A stretch of DNA of 64,000 nucleotides from Eledone cirrhosa (GCA_964016885.1 OZ024743.1:334180001-334244000); one strand, 5' to 3'. Positions 39,471 to 54,350 are shown, counted from the stretch's first letter. Program-made: numbers and translations. Notes: generated from the letters alone by a model not told the origin.

Positions 39471-40031
39471 TCTTATCACTTTAATTTTAATCCATTAAGG
39501 AGTGAAACATATGTATGAAAGTCGGGACTTTGAAGAAAAAATAGGTATATTTTTGCCTATTATATATATATATAATCTAATATATAGACTGAAAAATTAG
39601 TTTTAAATCATTTTTAGTTCCTTGCACATGTTTCAAAAGAGTTGTACATTAAATTATTAGTCACTCGCTAAGCCTATGTGTATAATAGGAATCCCATTTC
39701 GGATATATTCTGTTTCAATTTAAAATGTTCTTTTTGATCCTCCAAAGAAGAAGTACAAATACCTATATAACATTGTGTATATATAACATTATTCGAATAA
39801 TCTAAAACATATGTAAAGAATTATAAATGAATTAAAAGGTATATTTTCCGTTTATATATTTGCTCTGTGTTTATGTCTGCGATTCCAACTTTTTTTCGTT
39901 AAAGAATCTAACTTCAGACCAATATAATGTATAAACACATTAAACTAATACCGAAACGATGTGGCAATTATATACTATCATATATAATTATTTACATACA
40001 TTTGATCGTTGTATATATAGTTTTACCTTGG

Positions 40032-40176
<145 letters not shown>

Positions 40177-40217
40177 AGTATGTATACGTACATTCATATA
40201 TGTATACAGACGTACAG

Positions 40218-40248
<31 letters not shown>

Positions 40249-40406
40249 GGATATATATATACATACATGCACACATATATATATGTACGTATGGATTTAC
40301 CGAACATTTATTATAATGTTCGGTGTGTTTGTAAACAAACATCCCGAATTAAGCCGTACAGTGTCTAGCAACCATCGTTGCCCTTTTGTTCAACACTGAC
40401 AAAGGA

Positions 40407-40449
40407 ACGATGTACTAGTTTCAAGCTTATTAGCTATCGTCAGCACCGT
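40407..40449 (-). ncRNA. Type I hammerhead ribozyme (family I), left arm of inverted repeat
   Basis: Exact reverse complement of 40863-40905. Confidence 0.85.
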
Positions 40450-40862
40450 ATACCTTCCTGCCAGATGATTGAACGTCTGAAAGTATATACTTTCCTTATG
40501 CGTTGAACAAAAGGGCAACGATGGTTGCTGGACACTACGGCTTAATTCGGGATGTTTGTTTACAAATAAACCGAGCATTATAATAAATGTTCGGTGAATC
40601 CATACGTACATATATATATGTGTGCATGTATGTATATATATATACATACTACTGTACGTCTGTATGCATATATGTATGTACGTATACATACTTATATTTA
40701 AGTAACAGCCGTACTAAGAGTGAGAAATGAACTTTCGTTTCATTTTTTCCATTTATCGTTTTCGGTACCCCGGCCGATTAACCCACTCGATATGAAAATT
40801 AGGCTGCTCAGCATAATGAAAGTATATACTTTCAGACGTTCAATCATCTGACAAGAAGGTAT

Positions 40863-40905
40863 ACGGTGCTGACGATAGCTAATAAGCTTGAAACTAGTAC
40901 ATCGT
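40863..40905 (+). ncRNA. Type I hammerhead ribozyme (family I)
   Basis: acggtg CTGACGA t agct-aata-agct t GAAAC TA GTA catcgt; palindromic ACTAGT stem III. Confidence 0.85.
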
Positions 40906-42387
40906 TCCTTTGTCAGTGTTGAACAAAGGGGCAACGATGGTTGCTAAACACTGTACGGCTTAATTCGGGATGTTTGTTTACAAACAAACCGAGCATTATA
41001 AGAAATGTTCGGTAAATCCATACGTACATATATATATGTGCATGTATGTATATATATATATACATACTACTGTACGTCTGTATACATATATGTATGTACG
41101 TAACCATACTTATATTTAAGTAACAGTAACATATATATATAAATGGAAAAAATGAAACGTAATTTCATTTCTCACTCTTAGTACGGTTCTTCTATATTTG
41201 ATATATATTTATCCTTATCGAGCCCTCTTTGGCTTTTAGTCTTCAAATTTATTATTATAATATATATATAGGAACGATCGACTATCGTCAAATCGGACCG
41301 AGGGAACAATGTTTCCGTTGGTCTTTCCAATTGCTAATACTATCTATCGGTCGCAACTCCAGGTAGAAGGAACAACGTGAAATAAAGTGTCTTGCTCAAG
41401 GACATAACGCATCGCCTGGTCCAGGAATCGAACTCACAACCTTACGACTGCGAATCCAATTCTCTAACCACTCAGCCACACGCCTTCACATTATATAAAT
41501 AAATGGAAGCTATATTTATGAAACTATATTTATTCAATTGTATATATTTCAAGGGTACCAAAAATTTTGGTACGTTATCATCAGATAAAATACAAAATGT
41601 TTTATAAATATTTGACATGACCAAGGATGATATACCTTAACGGTTCAAGTTAAACGTGGAAAGTGATAACTTGAACACTTTCCTGGGATAACTTGAACCG
41701 TTAAGGTATATCATCCTTGGTCATGTCAAATATTTATAAAACATTTTGTATTTTATCTGATGATAACGTACCAAACTTTTTTGGTACCCTTAAAATATAT
41801 ACAATTGAATAAATATGGTTTTATAAATATAGCTTCCATTTATTTAATATTAATTGAATACTTACTCCAGAAAGCTGTCGAGTGCTTTGAATCAGTTGTA
41901 AACATCTATATTTGTTGGATTTCCAACAAATTAAATATCTCTTCTACATTTACACACAAACACACACACACACACACACACACGCGCGCATATATATATA
42001 TATATATAAATATATATATGTTCGGAAAAAATTGTTTTGGTAAAAACATGAGTAAGCAGGAGAAAGCTCTCAACAATCGTTGTTTTTAGTTACGTTGGAG
42101 GATTTGATAAAAATAACAAAATAAGATGCTGAGGTTACATATATCGTTATGTAACCTCAGCATCTTATTTTGTTATTTTTATAAATATATATATATATAT
42201 ATATATGTATATATCTCTCTATATATATACACTATACACATACATATTATATTTACGAGGTTATAGGAAATATATTCGCTATAATCTCGACTGGTCATAA
42301 TTACTCAATCAATGAGATATGGTTTAATGAGCAAATGTGTCTCAGAATATTAATACGATCTATATTCGTAATGTGGCAGTTGCAAGA

Positions 42388-42930
<543 letters not shown>

Positions 42931-43140
42931 GTAGTGGGAGAAAGAGAGAGAGAGGGAGAGACTTAAATTCACAACAAATTAGTAATCCATATTCAAGGGC
43001 ACGTGTATCACCGGAGGGATTCGGTGAGACATGTGCTCTCGAATATGGTTTCTAATTTGTTGTGGAGCTAACTCTACACCGAACTTGTCCTCTGAACCAA
43101 GTGCTCTACCAGCTTCTGATATAACTTCTCATTTTTTTAC

Positions 43141-43191
<51 letters not shown>

Positions 43192-43220
43192 GATATCCAC
43201 GGTAAGTTGTGGGGTCTAGT

Positions 43221-43271
<51 letters not shown>

Positions 43272-43278
43272 GTACTCT

Positions 43279-43386
43279 GACTCTGATGTGTTGATCAGAG
43301 GTAAATAATGTAATGGAGATCGAGTGACGCAACTTCAAGCGATTAGCGACCTCTAGACTCACCTGATCAATGAAACAATTGTCAAA
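43279..43386 (+). ncRNA. Degenerate hammerhead with long stem II insert (family L); partial copy 58309-58382 (-)
   Basis: act CTGATGT gttgatcag [~65 nt] ctgatcaat GAAAC AATT GTC; the second copy supplies agt for stem I. Confidence 0.5.
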
Positions 43387-43605
43387 CCAGAAATAAAGCC
43401 CCTTGTTGTACAGCCAACCATGTTACTCTTCATTCTTTCACTATATATATATATATATAAGTATATAAGTATTGAATATATATATATATATATATATATA
43501 AGTATTGAAGTTCCGTTGAAAATTGAAAAAGTCATAGGAGTGAAGAGTGCTCTATGTAAGTACCAGAGCTAAAGTTAATGTATAATAAACAATACAATAT
43601 AATTT

Positions 43606-43673
43606 CCTCATTACCAGAGGTTTCCCGAATAAGACGAATACGAAAGAAGTCCTCATTCGTTCATCGGACAAGG
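43606..43673 (-). ncRNA. Hammerhead with CCGATGA core (family K)
   Basis: ccttgt CCGATGA a cgaatgagg...tcttattcg g GAAACC tct GGTA atgagg. Confidence 0.65.
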
Positions 43674-43771
43674 CAATTATATATATATATGTAAAAGATA
43701 AACAGAAATAACAACACAATCGGTACAGAGCCTGGAAGGGATATATTAGGTTAACACTTGATATAGCAGGA

Positions 43772-43817
<46 letters not shown>

Positions 43818-44094
43818 AATGGCTTCCACAGGACTAGAACTATTTCATTCTGGAGAAATCATGAGGAAGCTAGAATAAAACAGTTCTAGTCCTGTACAAG
43901 CCATTTCTATATTAAATATTTATACTCTGCTATGTATTGAGTACCTTACTTACTGTGGATATATATATATATATATATACTCAATACATAGCAGAGTATA
44001 AATATTTAATAAAGTAATTGCTTCTACAGGACTAGAACTGTTTCATTCGGGCTTCCTGATGATTTCTCCCGAATGAAACAGTTGTGTGTGTATG

Positions 44095-44159
<65 letters not shown>

Positions 44160-44238
44160 GCATACACACACATATTATTTTGATAAAGTGACAAGAGGCC
44201 GGAAATTCGAAATCCCTTTAAAGTATTTATTTCTGTAG

Positions 44239-44290
44239 ACACTATATATATTTCAATGGCCAGTAGCATTTCAGCTACATCATCAGGTGC
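44239..44290 (-). ncRNA. Hammerhead-like motif (family C); copies ~11795-11846 (-) and ~44432-44484 (+)
   Basis: gcac CTGATGA tgtagc-tgaaat-gctactggccatt GAAA tatata TA gtgt; stem II irregular. Confidence 0.55.
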
Positions 44291-44761
44291 ATTGCATAAC
44301 AATCATAAAGGAACCCTGGTAACACAAGCTGGATACACGGAGACAAAAAGTAGACAAATCGTTTAGACTGACGACCCGTCTCCGTGTGCCCTGCTTGTGT
44401 TACACGGATTCCTTTATGACTGTTATGCAATATACCTGATGGTGTAGCTGGAATACTACTGGTGTTTGAAATATATACAGTATCTGCAGAAATAAATATT
44501 TTAAAGGAATTTCATCTTTCCAGCTTCTTGTCACTTTATTCAATAATTCAATAATATTTAGCTCCGTTCACGTACCACCAACATAATCTTGCACCAAAGA
44601 TGATTGAGTTGCGTTACGTTGAGTGATATTCATACTATTTCATGATGGTTAACTATACAGAATGACCAGATCTATCCAGTGGTGAACAACCAGCTTCTAT
44701 GAATACACGCCCCGTAAAGGGTGAAAGCAGCGATTCTTTGCTTAACTTTTAACCTGTTCTT

Positions 44762-44840
<79 letters not shown>

Positions 44841-45602
44841 TAAATGCTAGCTTCTTTCCGAGAAATACATTCGCTCAATGTAAACATGTTAATGTAGGGG
44901 GAACGTAATTGGCTCATTGAAGCTTCAGCTTTTTACTCCATTTACTGTATTAATATATATATTATGAAACTCCGTATCATGTTTACTAAATCAGATGGTT
45001 CGCTGATGACGTATACATACAGGTATGTAGTATTTGTATAAATACTTGGTCATGATAAATGTATAACCAGGTCAGAAATATTTATCACCTGTCCCACACA
45101 CATACTTTTCAACAGACTCACATACATACATACATGGTGGCTGCCAACTCGTTTTCGAGTACGGCCACTACTTTATATCCATATAGGAGAACCCCTACCG
45201 ATGTGCTGAACGAGTGTGACTTTTTAGTCCAGCCAGCGACTTGAAAACTCTGGTACAAACACTACACTTGTGACAATTATTGACACATAGTGCTGGGCCC
45301 ATGGTACCATGTGACGACAAGTGCAGAGAGATCTCCAGATATAAAGCAATGCCTGTGCGGTGAAGCTTTTATAGTGAGCAAAGGCACTGCACAAAGCCAG
45401 TCCCACTCTCTTAACCAACATGATATTTACCAAAAAGAAGAACAAGTCAACAACATTGGATACCATCAGAGTTGCAGGTGTATATCAGAGTTTTCCTTCT
45501 CCTAGAATTCTGCCTTGACAAACATACATACATACATACACACGTTCATACATGCTTACATACATATATCAATACACGCATATATTTATAAGTATATATT
45601 GA

Positions 45603-45683
<81 letters not shown>

Positions 45684-45753
45684 TGAGGAGAGAAACAGAG
45701 ATAGACAGATGGATATATGCATATATACATATATATATATGCATATATATATA

Positions 45754-45849
<96 letters not shown>

Positions 45850-45917
45850 CGCATCGGTAGGGGTTCTCCTACATGGATATAAAGTAGTGACCATACTCGA
45901 AAACGAGTTGGCAGCCA

Positions 45918-45988
<71 letters not shown>

Positions 45989-46242
45989 TATACATATGTA
46001 TATATGCATATACACACATATATATCGGTATATATATACAGTATAGAGGTAACCGGGCCTGCGTGAATGGGTATATACATTTGCCCACTGAGTGTTTAGA
46101 CCTGTAAACATGCAAAATTCACGCACTTCCCTGTAACTTGAAGATCAAAATCATAAACATCTTGAAGTCATTTCCGAACCTATTTAGGTTCTCACAAAAA
46201 AAAAAAATAGACATATACACACCTATATATACACACACACAC

Positions 46243-46296
<54 letters not shown>

Positions 46297-46325
46297 GTGT
46301 GTGTGCGTATTTTTCTATATTTTTC

Positions 46326-46482
<157 letters not shown>

Positions 46483-46710
46483 CTCTGATTTAGGGACAAG
46501 GCCAAGAATGTTTTCCGGTGTGGGTGGGTGGGCGTGGGGGTTGGTCGAATAAATCGACTCCAGTACGTTACTGGTACTTTGTATTATCGATCCTGTAAGG
46601 AAGAAAGGCAAAGTTAACCTCGGTGGGATTTGAACTCAGAACGTAAAGGGCCGTAACTATATGCCACAAAGCATGTTGTCCGACGCTTTATCGATGCTGA
46701 TAATCCACCG

Positions 46711-46754
<44 letters not shown>

Positions 46755-46853
46755 GTGTATATATAAATATATATATATATATATAATATATATATATATA
46801 TACGTGTATATATAAATATATATATATATATATAATATATATATATATACGTG

Positions 46854-46893
<40 letters not shown>

Positions 46894-46906
46894 GCATATA
46901 TATACA

Positions 46907-46970
<64 letters not shown>

Positions 46971-47029
46971 TGTATATATATGCATATATAATATATATAT
47001 ATATATATATTTATATATACATGTATATA

Positions 47030-47070
<41 letters not shown>

Positions 47071-47624
47071 CACGTATATATATATATATATATAACATAT
47101 ATATATATACATTTATATATATATTATATACATTATATATTATATATATTATATAATATGTATATATATATATATCACATCAGAAACGGAGAATCAGTGG
47201 TGCGACGAATAAGATTTATTAGACATATTACAATCGTTTCTCTGGCGACGACCAGCTCGAGGCACGATCAATGTAATGATCAAACCTGACTCTGAAATCG
47301 CAAGATCCTCAGAATTTGGAAACTCTGCTTCGTAGAATCGAGACATATCTGAGGATCTTTCGATTTCAGAGTCAGGTTTGATCATTGCATTGATCGTGCC
47401 TCGAGCTGGTCGCCAGATAAATCTTATTCGTCGCACCACCGATTTTCCGTTTCTTATGTGATATTATACTCTGTTCTCGAAGAGCATCGAGTGCACAAAC
47501 GGCTTACCGCTTACGGACGCTTTAAGCATCCCACACGAATTATATATATATATATATATATATATTGCTATTATGTTAGACATGGCCTGGGCCAATACTG
47601 GCCGAAACCTATCAAAGTTACCAA

Positions 47625-47665
<41 letters not shown>

Positions 47666-48573
47666 ATATATATATATATATATATATATGAAAGACGTAA
47701 AATAAGAAAATTATAAAAATTTACTTACTAAAATTAGTTTCTGAAAGGGAATAAACATGGTTTCCGATTGGAACAAAATGGAGAAATATCCTTTCGTCAT
47801 CTGGGAGATCTATTCTCAGCTAAGTTCCCAGGCAAAGCGTCGACACAGGGAACTTATACAAAAATAATTCAGTGGATGGAAAAAAGCAAGCGAGGACTAA
47901 ATTCCAGGACATTGAAAAAATCACTGCCTACTTAGTCGGTGGCGAATTCAAAAGAATCAATCACGTGACATCGATGTCAATCAATAAGGAGTGGGGGTGT
48001 TTATAATTTTCTTATTTATAATTTTCTTATTTTACGTCTTTCATATAATTGTTCTGCATCCCCTTGCATTGAACCACAAAGTTACTAAGACAAAACCTAT
48101 ATATTTGCTAGCATAGGTATACATCTGTATATATATGTTGGTAGATATACTAATTCTTTATAATTATCTCCAAATTATTTTGTTGAGCAAAAATTTGCCA
48201 AAACTACTGCTATGCTTCATAGTAATAGCCAGGCTACTATCTTATTAGCACCCCCACTTCTCACTGATTGACCTCGATGTCACGTGATTGATTCTTTTAA
48301 ATTCGCCACCGACTAAGTAGGCAGTGATTTTTTCAATGTCCTGGAATTTAGTCCTCGATTGCTTTTTTCCATCCACTGAATTATTTTTGTATAAGTTCCC
48401 TGTGTCCACGCTTTGCCTGGGAACTTAGCTGAGAATAGATCTCCCTGATGTCGAAAGGATATTTCTCCATGCTGTTCCAATCGGAAACCATGTTTATTCC
48501 CTTTCAGAAACTAATTAGTTGGAGTGAAATTTTAGTAAGTAAGTACATTTTTATAATTTTCTTATTTTACGTC

Positions 48574-48636
<63 letters not shown>

Positions 48637-49469
48637 CGTGTGTTTAATGTTCATGTGAAAGTGTGTCTATATAAATGGTAAACAGAATAATTATCTTGAT
48701 ACCCGCAAAAAGCCAACAATATGTAAATAATTCAACTCTAAAATAGACTCTGACAACAACAAAAACAAGAGCAACAAGCTGTGACAATAATAATAACAAC
48801 AACAACAAAAATAACCCCAGTCCAAATAACCGTAATAATGATATTATTAGTTTATAATTATTTTTTCTTGCTTCTAATGTTCGTCAAATTAGTTTGTAGG
48901 TTTATGTGAGGGAACATCAGTTCAAATTTAGGCCTTGCCAATTCAGAGTGAGATTGAGGATTTCAAAATGAGAATTTACAATTTGTAAGTGAGAACAGCG
49001 ATTTCTAAATGAGATTAAAATGAATAGATTTGACTATGGTATTTAAGAGATTGACCAAGAGCATGAAATAACAACATAACATTATTTATAACATTATGAA
49101 GGTGAACTTGTTGGTTAAATATAACAATAATACAACACGTTTGTTTGTATACCCCCCTTTGTTCATCCCTTCATTTTTTCTTTATCTTTTTTTTTTATAT
49201 TTCCATCATTTTATAATTTCAGCCTGTAAAATATAGTTAACATAATATGTTTATGTATAACAGATAACAAAATAAAATTCTGTTTATCTATTTAAAAAAA
49301 ATGATAGATTCACATGTCATTCACATGCCATCTTTATATCTCTGTAATTCTTTAATATTTACAGACAAACGCACAATACATTTTGTATCCCAGTTATTTT
49401 GCTATAATAAGAAATTTTCTATTCTATACGAACCTGCCAAAGGTGAACCAGAGTTAAAATGATATGCAA

Positions 49470-49960
49470 GATGACTGTGTGCAATGTTAGGACTCTCACA
49501 GCTGACATGGAACGAACAATCTAGTAATTTGAACACAAATGCTTCAGAAGGAGGCTACACAAAACAAACAGCTTTGTCAGGCAGCATGTTAACAAATATA
49601 CTGGCAGATAGGAACCACTCCTTGCAACAGTGAAAAGACGGAAGTTTACCTAGTATGTTCATATATTCCGCCACAACTCATTGTCTCAAACCATCCTTCA
49701 GGGCAGTCAAGGGAGGGCGACGAAGAAGCAAAGAAATTATTGGTCCAACAGCATCAAAGACTCAACTGGTGACAACACTAAGACCCTTCTATGCATGACA
49801 GAGCATAGAGAGTAATGGCAACAACTGACTGCAAAAGCATCTAGTGTGGTACCCCAACGTCTGGCTGCACCTGTGGCACATCTAGAGTGGCACCCCAACG
49901 ACTGGCTGCATCAGTGGCACCCCAACGACTGGCTGCACTAGTTCCGGGACAATAACGATG
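49470..49960 (+). mobile_element. Degenerate RTE-clade LINE 3' fragment
   Basis: FEHKCFRRRL, KTNSFVRQHV, LLATVKRRK...HIFRHNSLSQTILQG. Confidence 0.75.
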
Positions 49961-50504
49961 AATGTTAGAAGACACTTATGCCTACTTTCTTTAATGATCA
50001 CTTGATGATATCTATCTAGACATTACAACACTCTTCAAAAAGGATTAGGTGCTGCACTCTGCGTAAGAGAGTAGGCGCTGCACTCTGCGTAAGTGATTAT
50101 GTACTCTACTGTGCATAAATGATTATGTGATGTACTGTGCATAATATCTATCTAGACATTACAACAATACTCTTAAAAAAATAAGCAGTTTAATTCTGAA
50201 ATGATTAGGTGCTGTACTGAGCATAAAAATACATTTGTTCTGCCATTTTATAAGGTGTACACTCTATCAGATTTATATCAAATCAGTAATTCCATAGAAA
50301 AGAATCTACAATAGTAATTAAATAAAGCGGTTTTTCCGTTTTGTTTTGTTTATAACAACGTATTCTCCAACTAGTAAAGTTTTCCTGCTAAGATTTTTCT
50401 ATAAGAAGTTACATTAAGTATTTTTGCTGTAGGCGTTGTTTACGTGACATAAGCTCAATATGAAATTGCTAAGTGATATGATCCGCTTTGAAATTATTAT
50501 TTTC

Positions 50505-50860
50505 ATTTTGATCTGCTATGTGCCTACTTTGAAATGGGTATTCTCACTTTCATCTGATATGTGCCTACTTTGAAATGGGTATTCTCAATTTGATCTGCTA
50601 TATGCCTACTTTGAAATGGGTATTCTCACTTTCATCTGATATGTGCCTACTTTGAAATGGGTATTCTCAATTTGATCTGCTATGTGCCTACTTTGAAACG
50701 GGTATTCTCACTTTCATCTGATATGTGTCTACTTTGAAATGGGTATTCTCAATTTGATCTGCTATATGCCTACTTTGAAATGGGTATTCTCACTTAAATC
50801 GTTATTCTCACATCGATGTGCCTACTTCGAAATTATTATTCTCACTTTGATCTGATATAC
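50505..50860. repeat. Minisatellite of ~39-bp monomers arranged as an alternating ~78-bp dimer
   Basis: ttgatctgctatgtgcctactttgaaatgggtattctcact alternates with ttcatctgatatgtgcctactttgaaatgggtattctcaat; about 7 good units plus degenerate edges. Confidence 0.93.
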
Positions 50861-51017
50861 CCTCACTTAGAATTACAGATACCGTAGTATATTTACAAGT
50901 TCTTCCACTCGATCACAACAATGAAATGTTTATAACCCACATAACAATGTCATTTTAAGATGTTTTCTTGAACTAGTGAACTGTTTTTCGGAGTAATGAT
51001 GAATTTGGTTCTTCTGC

Positions 51018-51247
51018 TTAGACAAAATCTTCAGTCTGTGTCACTTCCACCTGAGAATGTCCAGAGTATTGTTCAGGTTTCTGCTTCTCTAATTTTATTT
51101 CGTTCGGGATATATTCTTCTGTCTTGATGCCATTGTTAGTCGGGGTCTGCGACGAAGAGCATTTGGTCATTGGATGCATGCGCATGATTTCAAAATGCCT
51201 GTAGTTAGAATTGGTTCTTTCCCAGTAATTCCCCGATGATCGATCTT
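51018..51247 (-). CDS. Putative terminal coding exon of an unidentified host gene (phase 1, ~76 aa, ends ...VEVTQTEDFV*)
   Basis: Strong acceptor ctttttctatttcattctgcattttcag| at 51248; open, non-repetitive hydrophilic frame to a stop; no TE motif recognised. Confidence 0.5.
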
Positions 51248-51714
51248 CTGAAAATGCAGAATGAAATAGAAAAAGATAGCAAATATTAATTAAAATGCAA
51301 CAACAAAAGTTATCTAAGGAGGTGGCTTTACATGCTAGAAACAACATTACATTTGTTGGTATAAAAATCGATACGAAAGACATTATTTTAAAAATTATGT
51401 AGTTAAAACTATATTATCTAATAGATAATATAGTTTTAACTACATTATTTTAAAAACAATGTCTTTCGTTGTATGTTTTTAAATGAAACATATTTTTAAT
51501 TATAAAGTGGTATTATTCTTTACAATTGCGTTTGAAACATATATGACTTTATTTATGAAGCATATTTAAACCATTGAGTAGCGAAATATATATATATATA
51601 TATATTTAAGCATACCGTATATCTTTAGATATACGAAATTCACACACACACATATATATATAAAGTAAACAGAAATAACAAAAATAACAAAACAAACGGT
51701 ACAGAACATGGAAA

Positions 51715-51795
<81 letters not shown>

Positions 51796-51923
51796 GAAGT
51801 TCTATTTAAATTGTTAGGATACAACAAGCAAATACTTTTATAACTGATATAAAGCACTCAACAAATAATTGGAGTAAAAATACGATATTAACAAATGGAA
51901 ACTATATTTATAAAACCATATTT

Positions 51924-51986
51924 ATTTCATTATAAATATTTCAAAGACACCAAGTTAAATTATGGTGTGCTTTCATCAGATAAAAT
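51924..51986 (-). ncRNA. Type I hammerhead ribozyme (family J), left arm of palindrome
   Basis: attttat CTGATGA aagcacacca-taatttaact-tggtgtcttt GAAA tattta TA atgaaat. Confidence 0.75.
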
Positions 51987-52125
51987 ATAATATAGACCAG
52001 TTTTATAAATAAATATTGACATACCCTTAAAGAATGCGACCATTACTATCCGGGAGCTTCCAACAGTAATGGTCGCATTCTTTAAGGGTATGTCAATATT
52101 TATTTATAAAACTGTTCTATATTAT

Positions 52126-52188
52126 ATTTTATCTGATGAAAGCACACTATAATTTAACTTGGTGTCCTTGAAACATGTATAATGAAAT
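52126..52188 (+). ncRNA. Type I hammerhead ribozyme (family J), right arm; related motifs in the 41495-41850 fold-back
   Basis: attttat CTGATGA aagcacac...ggtgtcctt GAAA catgta TA atgaaat. Confidence 0.7.
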
Positions 52189-52228
52189 AAATATGGTTTT
52201 ATAAATATAGTTTCCATTTGTTAATATC

Positions 52229-52294
<66 letters not shown>

Positions 52295-52349
52295 TATAAT
52301 ATATATATAATATATATATATATATAATATATATATATATATAATATAT

Positions 52350-52464
<115 letters not shown>

Positions 52465-52794
52465 TATATATATAATATATATATATATATATAATATATA
52501 TATATATATATAATATATATATATATATATACGATATTAACAAATGGAAACTATATTTGGTCTGGATAACCAAAGATGTGGGTTAGACTCCCATGTACGG
52601 CAACACTCATCTTTTTCCATTTCTCCGAGGGTTTTAAACCCCACTATCAGGCTAGAAATTTCTTTAGTCTAAAATACGGTGAAAGCTTATAATTTCTAAT
52701 TTCTAATTTCAAACTCGCGCACCGTTTCAAAAACATACTTACATGTTTACGTTTATAATTTGCTTGTATATATATATATATATATATATACATA

Positions 52795-52848
<54 letters not shown>

Positions 52849-53105
52849 AACAGCAATTCTGGGAGTCCAGGTCTGGTTATTTATTTTTTATCATTTATTT
52901 TGTTTTGACCTGTCTAGCTTGATTTGGTTTTTGGCTTGGGTGGTTAATGCCTTCTTGACCACCTTTTCAGTTTTGTATGGCTTCTTAACACATTGTTTAG
53001 CTCTGGTTTTTAACTATTGAGCACTTTGCCAGTATCATTTCTGATTTTTGCGTTTCGCTTCGCCTTTCCTGCCCGCCGAAATGCAATTTTCGCTGAATAT
53101 GTATT

Positions 53106-53175
<70 letters not shown>

Positions 53176-53289
53176 CTTCTGCGTTCACAGATTGAATTTT
53201 TTAGTTTCAGAAGACCCCGTTAAGGGTGAAAGCAGCAATTCTTTACTTAAACTTTAATCTGTTATTTTAATAAATTAATATATAATATC

Positions 53290-54350
53290 TGGACAGAATT
53301 TCTAGATACTCTGGATGAGTTCAATATCCTCCTGAATAACCTACACCCATCTCTCCAATTCACAAAAGAGATGAGTAGTACTAAATTACCATTCCTAGAT
53401 ATAATTGTAATCAAAAACGACACCACCATTACCACGTATATATACTATAAACACACAGAGACACCCATCAATATCTGAATTTTAAGTCGTGCCATCTACC
53501 TCATACAAAACGCAACATCCCATACTGCCTAGCCAGAAGAATTTGTACCATTGCAGAAGATACGAATACCAGGAAAAAACGCCTAACAGAACTGAGAGAA
53601 TTTTTGCTCAAACAAAAATACCCAACTCTACTTATAGAAAATGGCATACAGCGGGCTATAAAAATACCTATACAACAACTTAGGACAACCCAAGGAAGAA
53701 GAAACCAAGAACTGGTCATACCATTTATAATGACACACAACCTATGTCACCAGAATATCTTCAACACTGCCAAAGCAAACCTACCGATCATTGCTCAAAG
53801 TAATGAATTAAAAGGTTTAATTACAGACCGATCATTGACTCTTAGTAAATTTGAAGCAATTACTAACAAAGGCAAAGTTTGACCTTAACAACAAAGACCA
53901 ATCATTCACTGTATCTAAATGCAATGATAGTCGATGTGACACATGTCAATCCATACACCACACTGGTCAATATATGAACACAAAAACTGGAAAAATATCA
54001 ACAAATGCAAATATGAACTGCAAAAGCAGAAATCTAATTTACTGCATTAAATGCCCGAATTGTGAACTATATGTCGGTCAAACTGGAAATGCAGTATCGG
54101 AACGTGCACGGGTGCACCGACAGCAAATCAGAGACCCAAATGTCCGTCAGATACCCCTGAGTAACCATCTACAACATGTGGTCAGAGAATATTTTATTTA
54201 AAGACATTTTTTCCAATTCCACCCCGCCCATCCCTGCAATCTATCTAATTTCTCATTCTTTCTTCTGATGAAGGACTAGCGTCCGAAACGTTAAGACCCT
54301 CTTCCTGCTATTTCAAGCGTTAACCTAATATATTCCTTCTATATACTGTA
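53290..54350 (+). mobile_element. 5'-truncated Penelope-like element (Neptune-like RT thumb + GIY-YIG), frameshifted
   Basis: LNNLHPSLQFT, LPFLDI, THQYLNFKSCH..HTKRNIPYCLARRI, KCNDSRCDTC, NCKSRNLIYCIKCPNC..YVGQTG..ER..VHR. Confidence 0.9.
54261..54296 (+). ncRNA. Minimal type I hammerhead ribozyme (family M) in PLE 3' pLTR
   Basis: tctt CTGATGA a ggac-tagc-gtcc GAAAC GTT aaga; stem III reduced to the ACGT palindrome typical of PLE minimal HHRs. Confidence 0.85.

Noticed and set aside
50505-50860. CRISPR-like regular repeat
   Set aside because: Units are contiguous with no unique spacers, no cas genes, eukaryotic context
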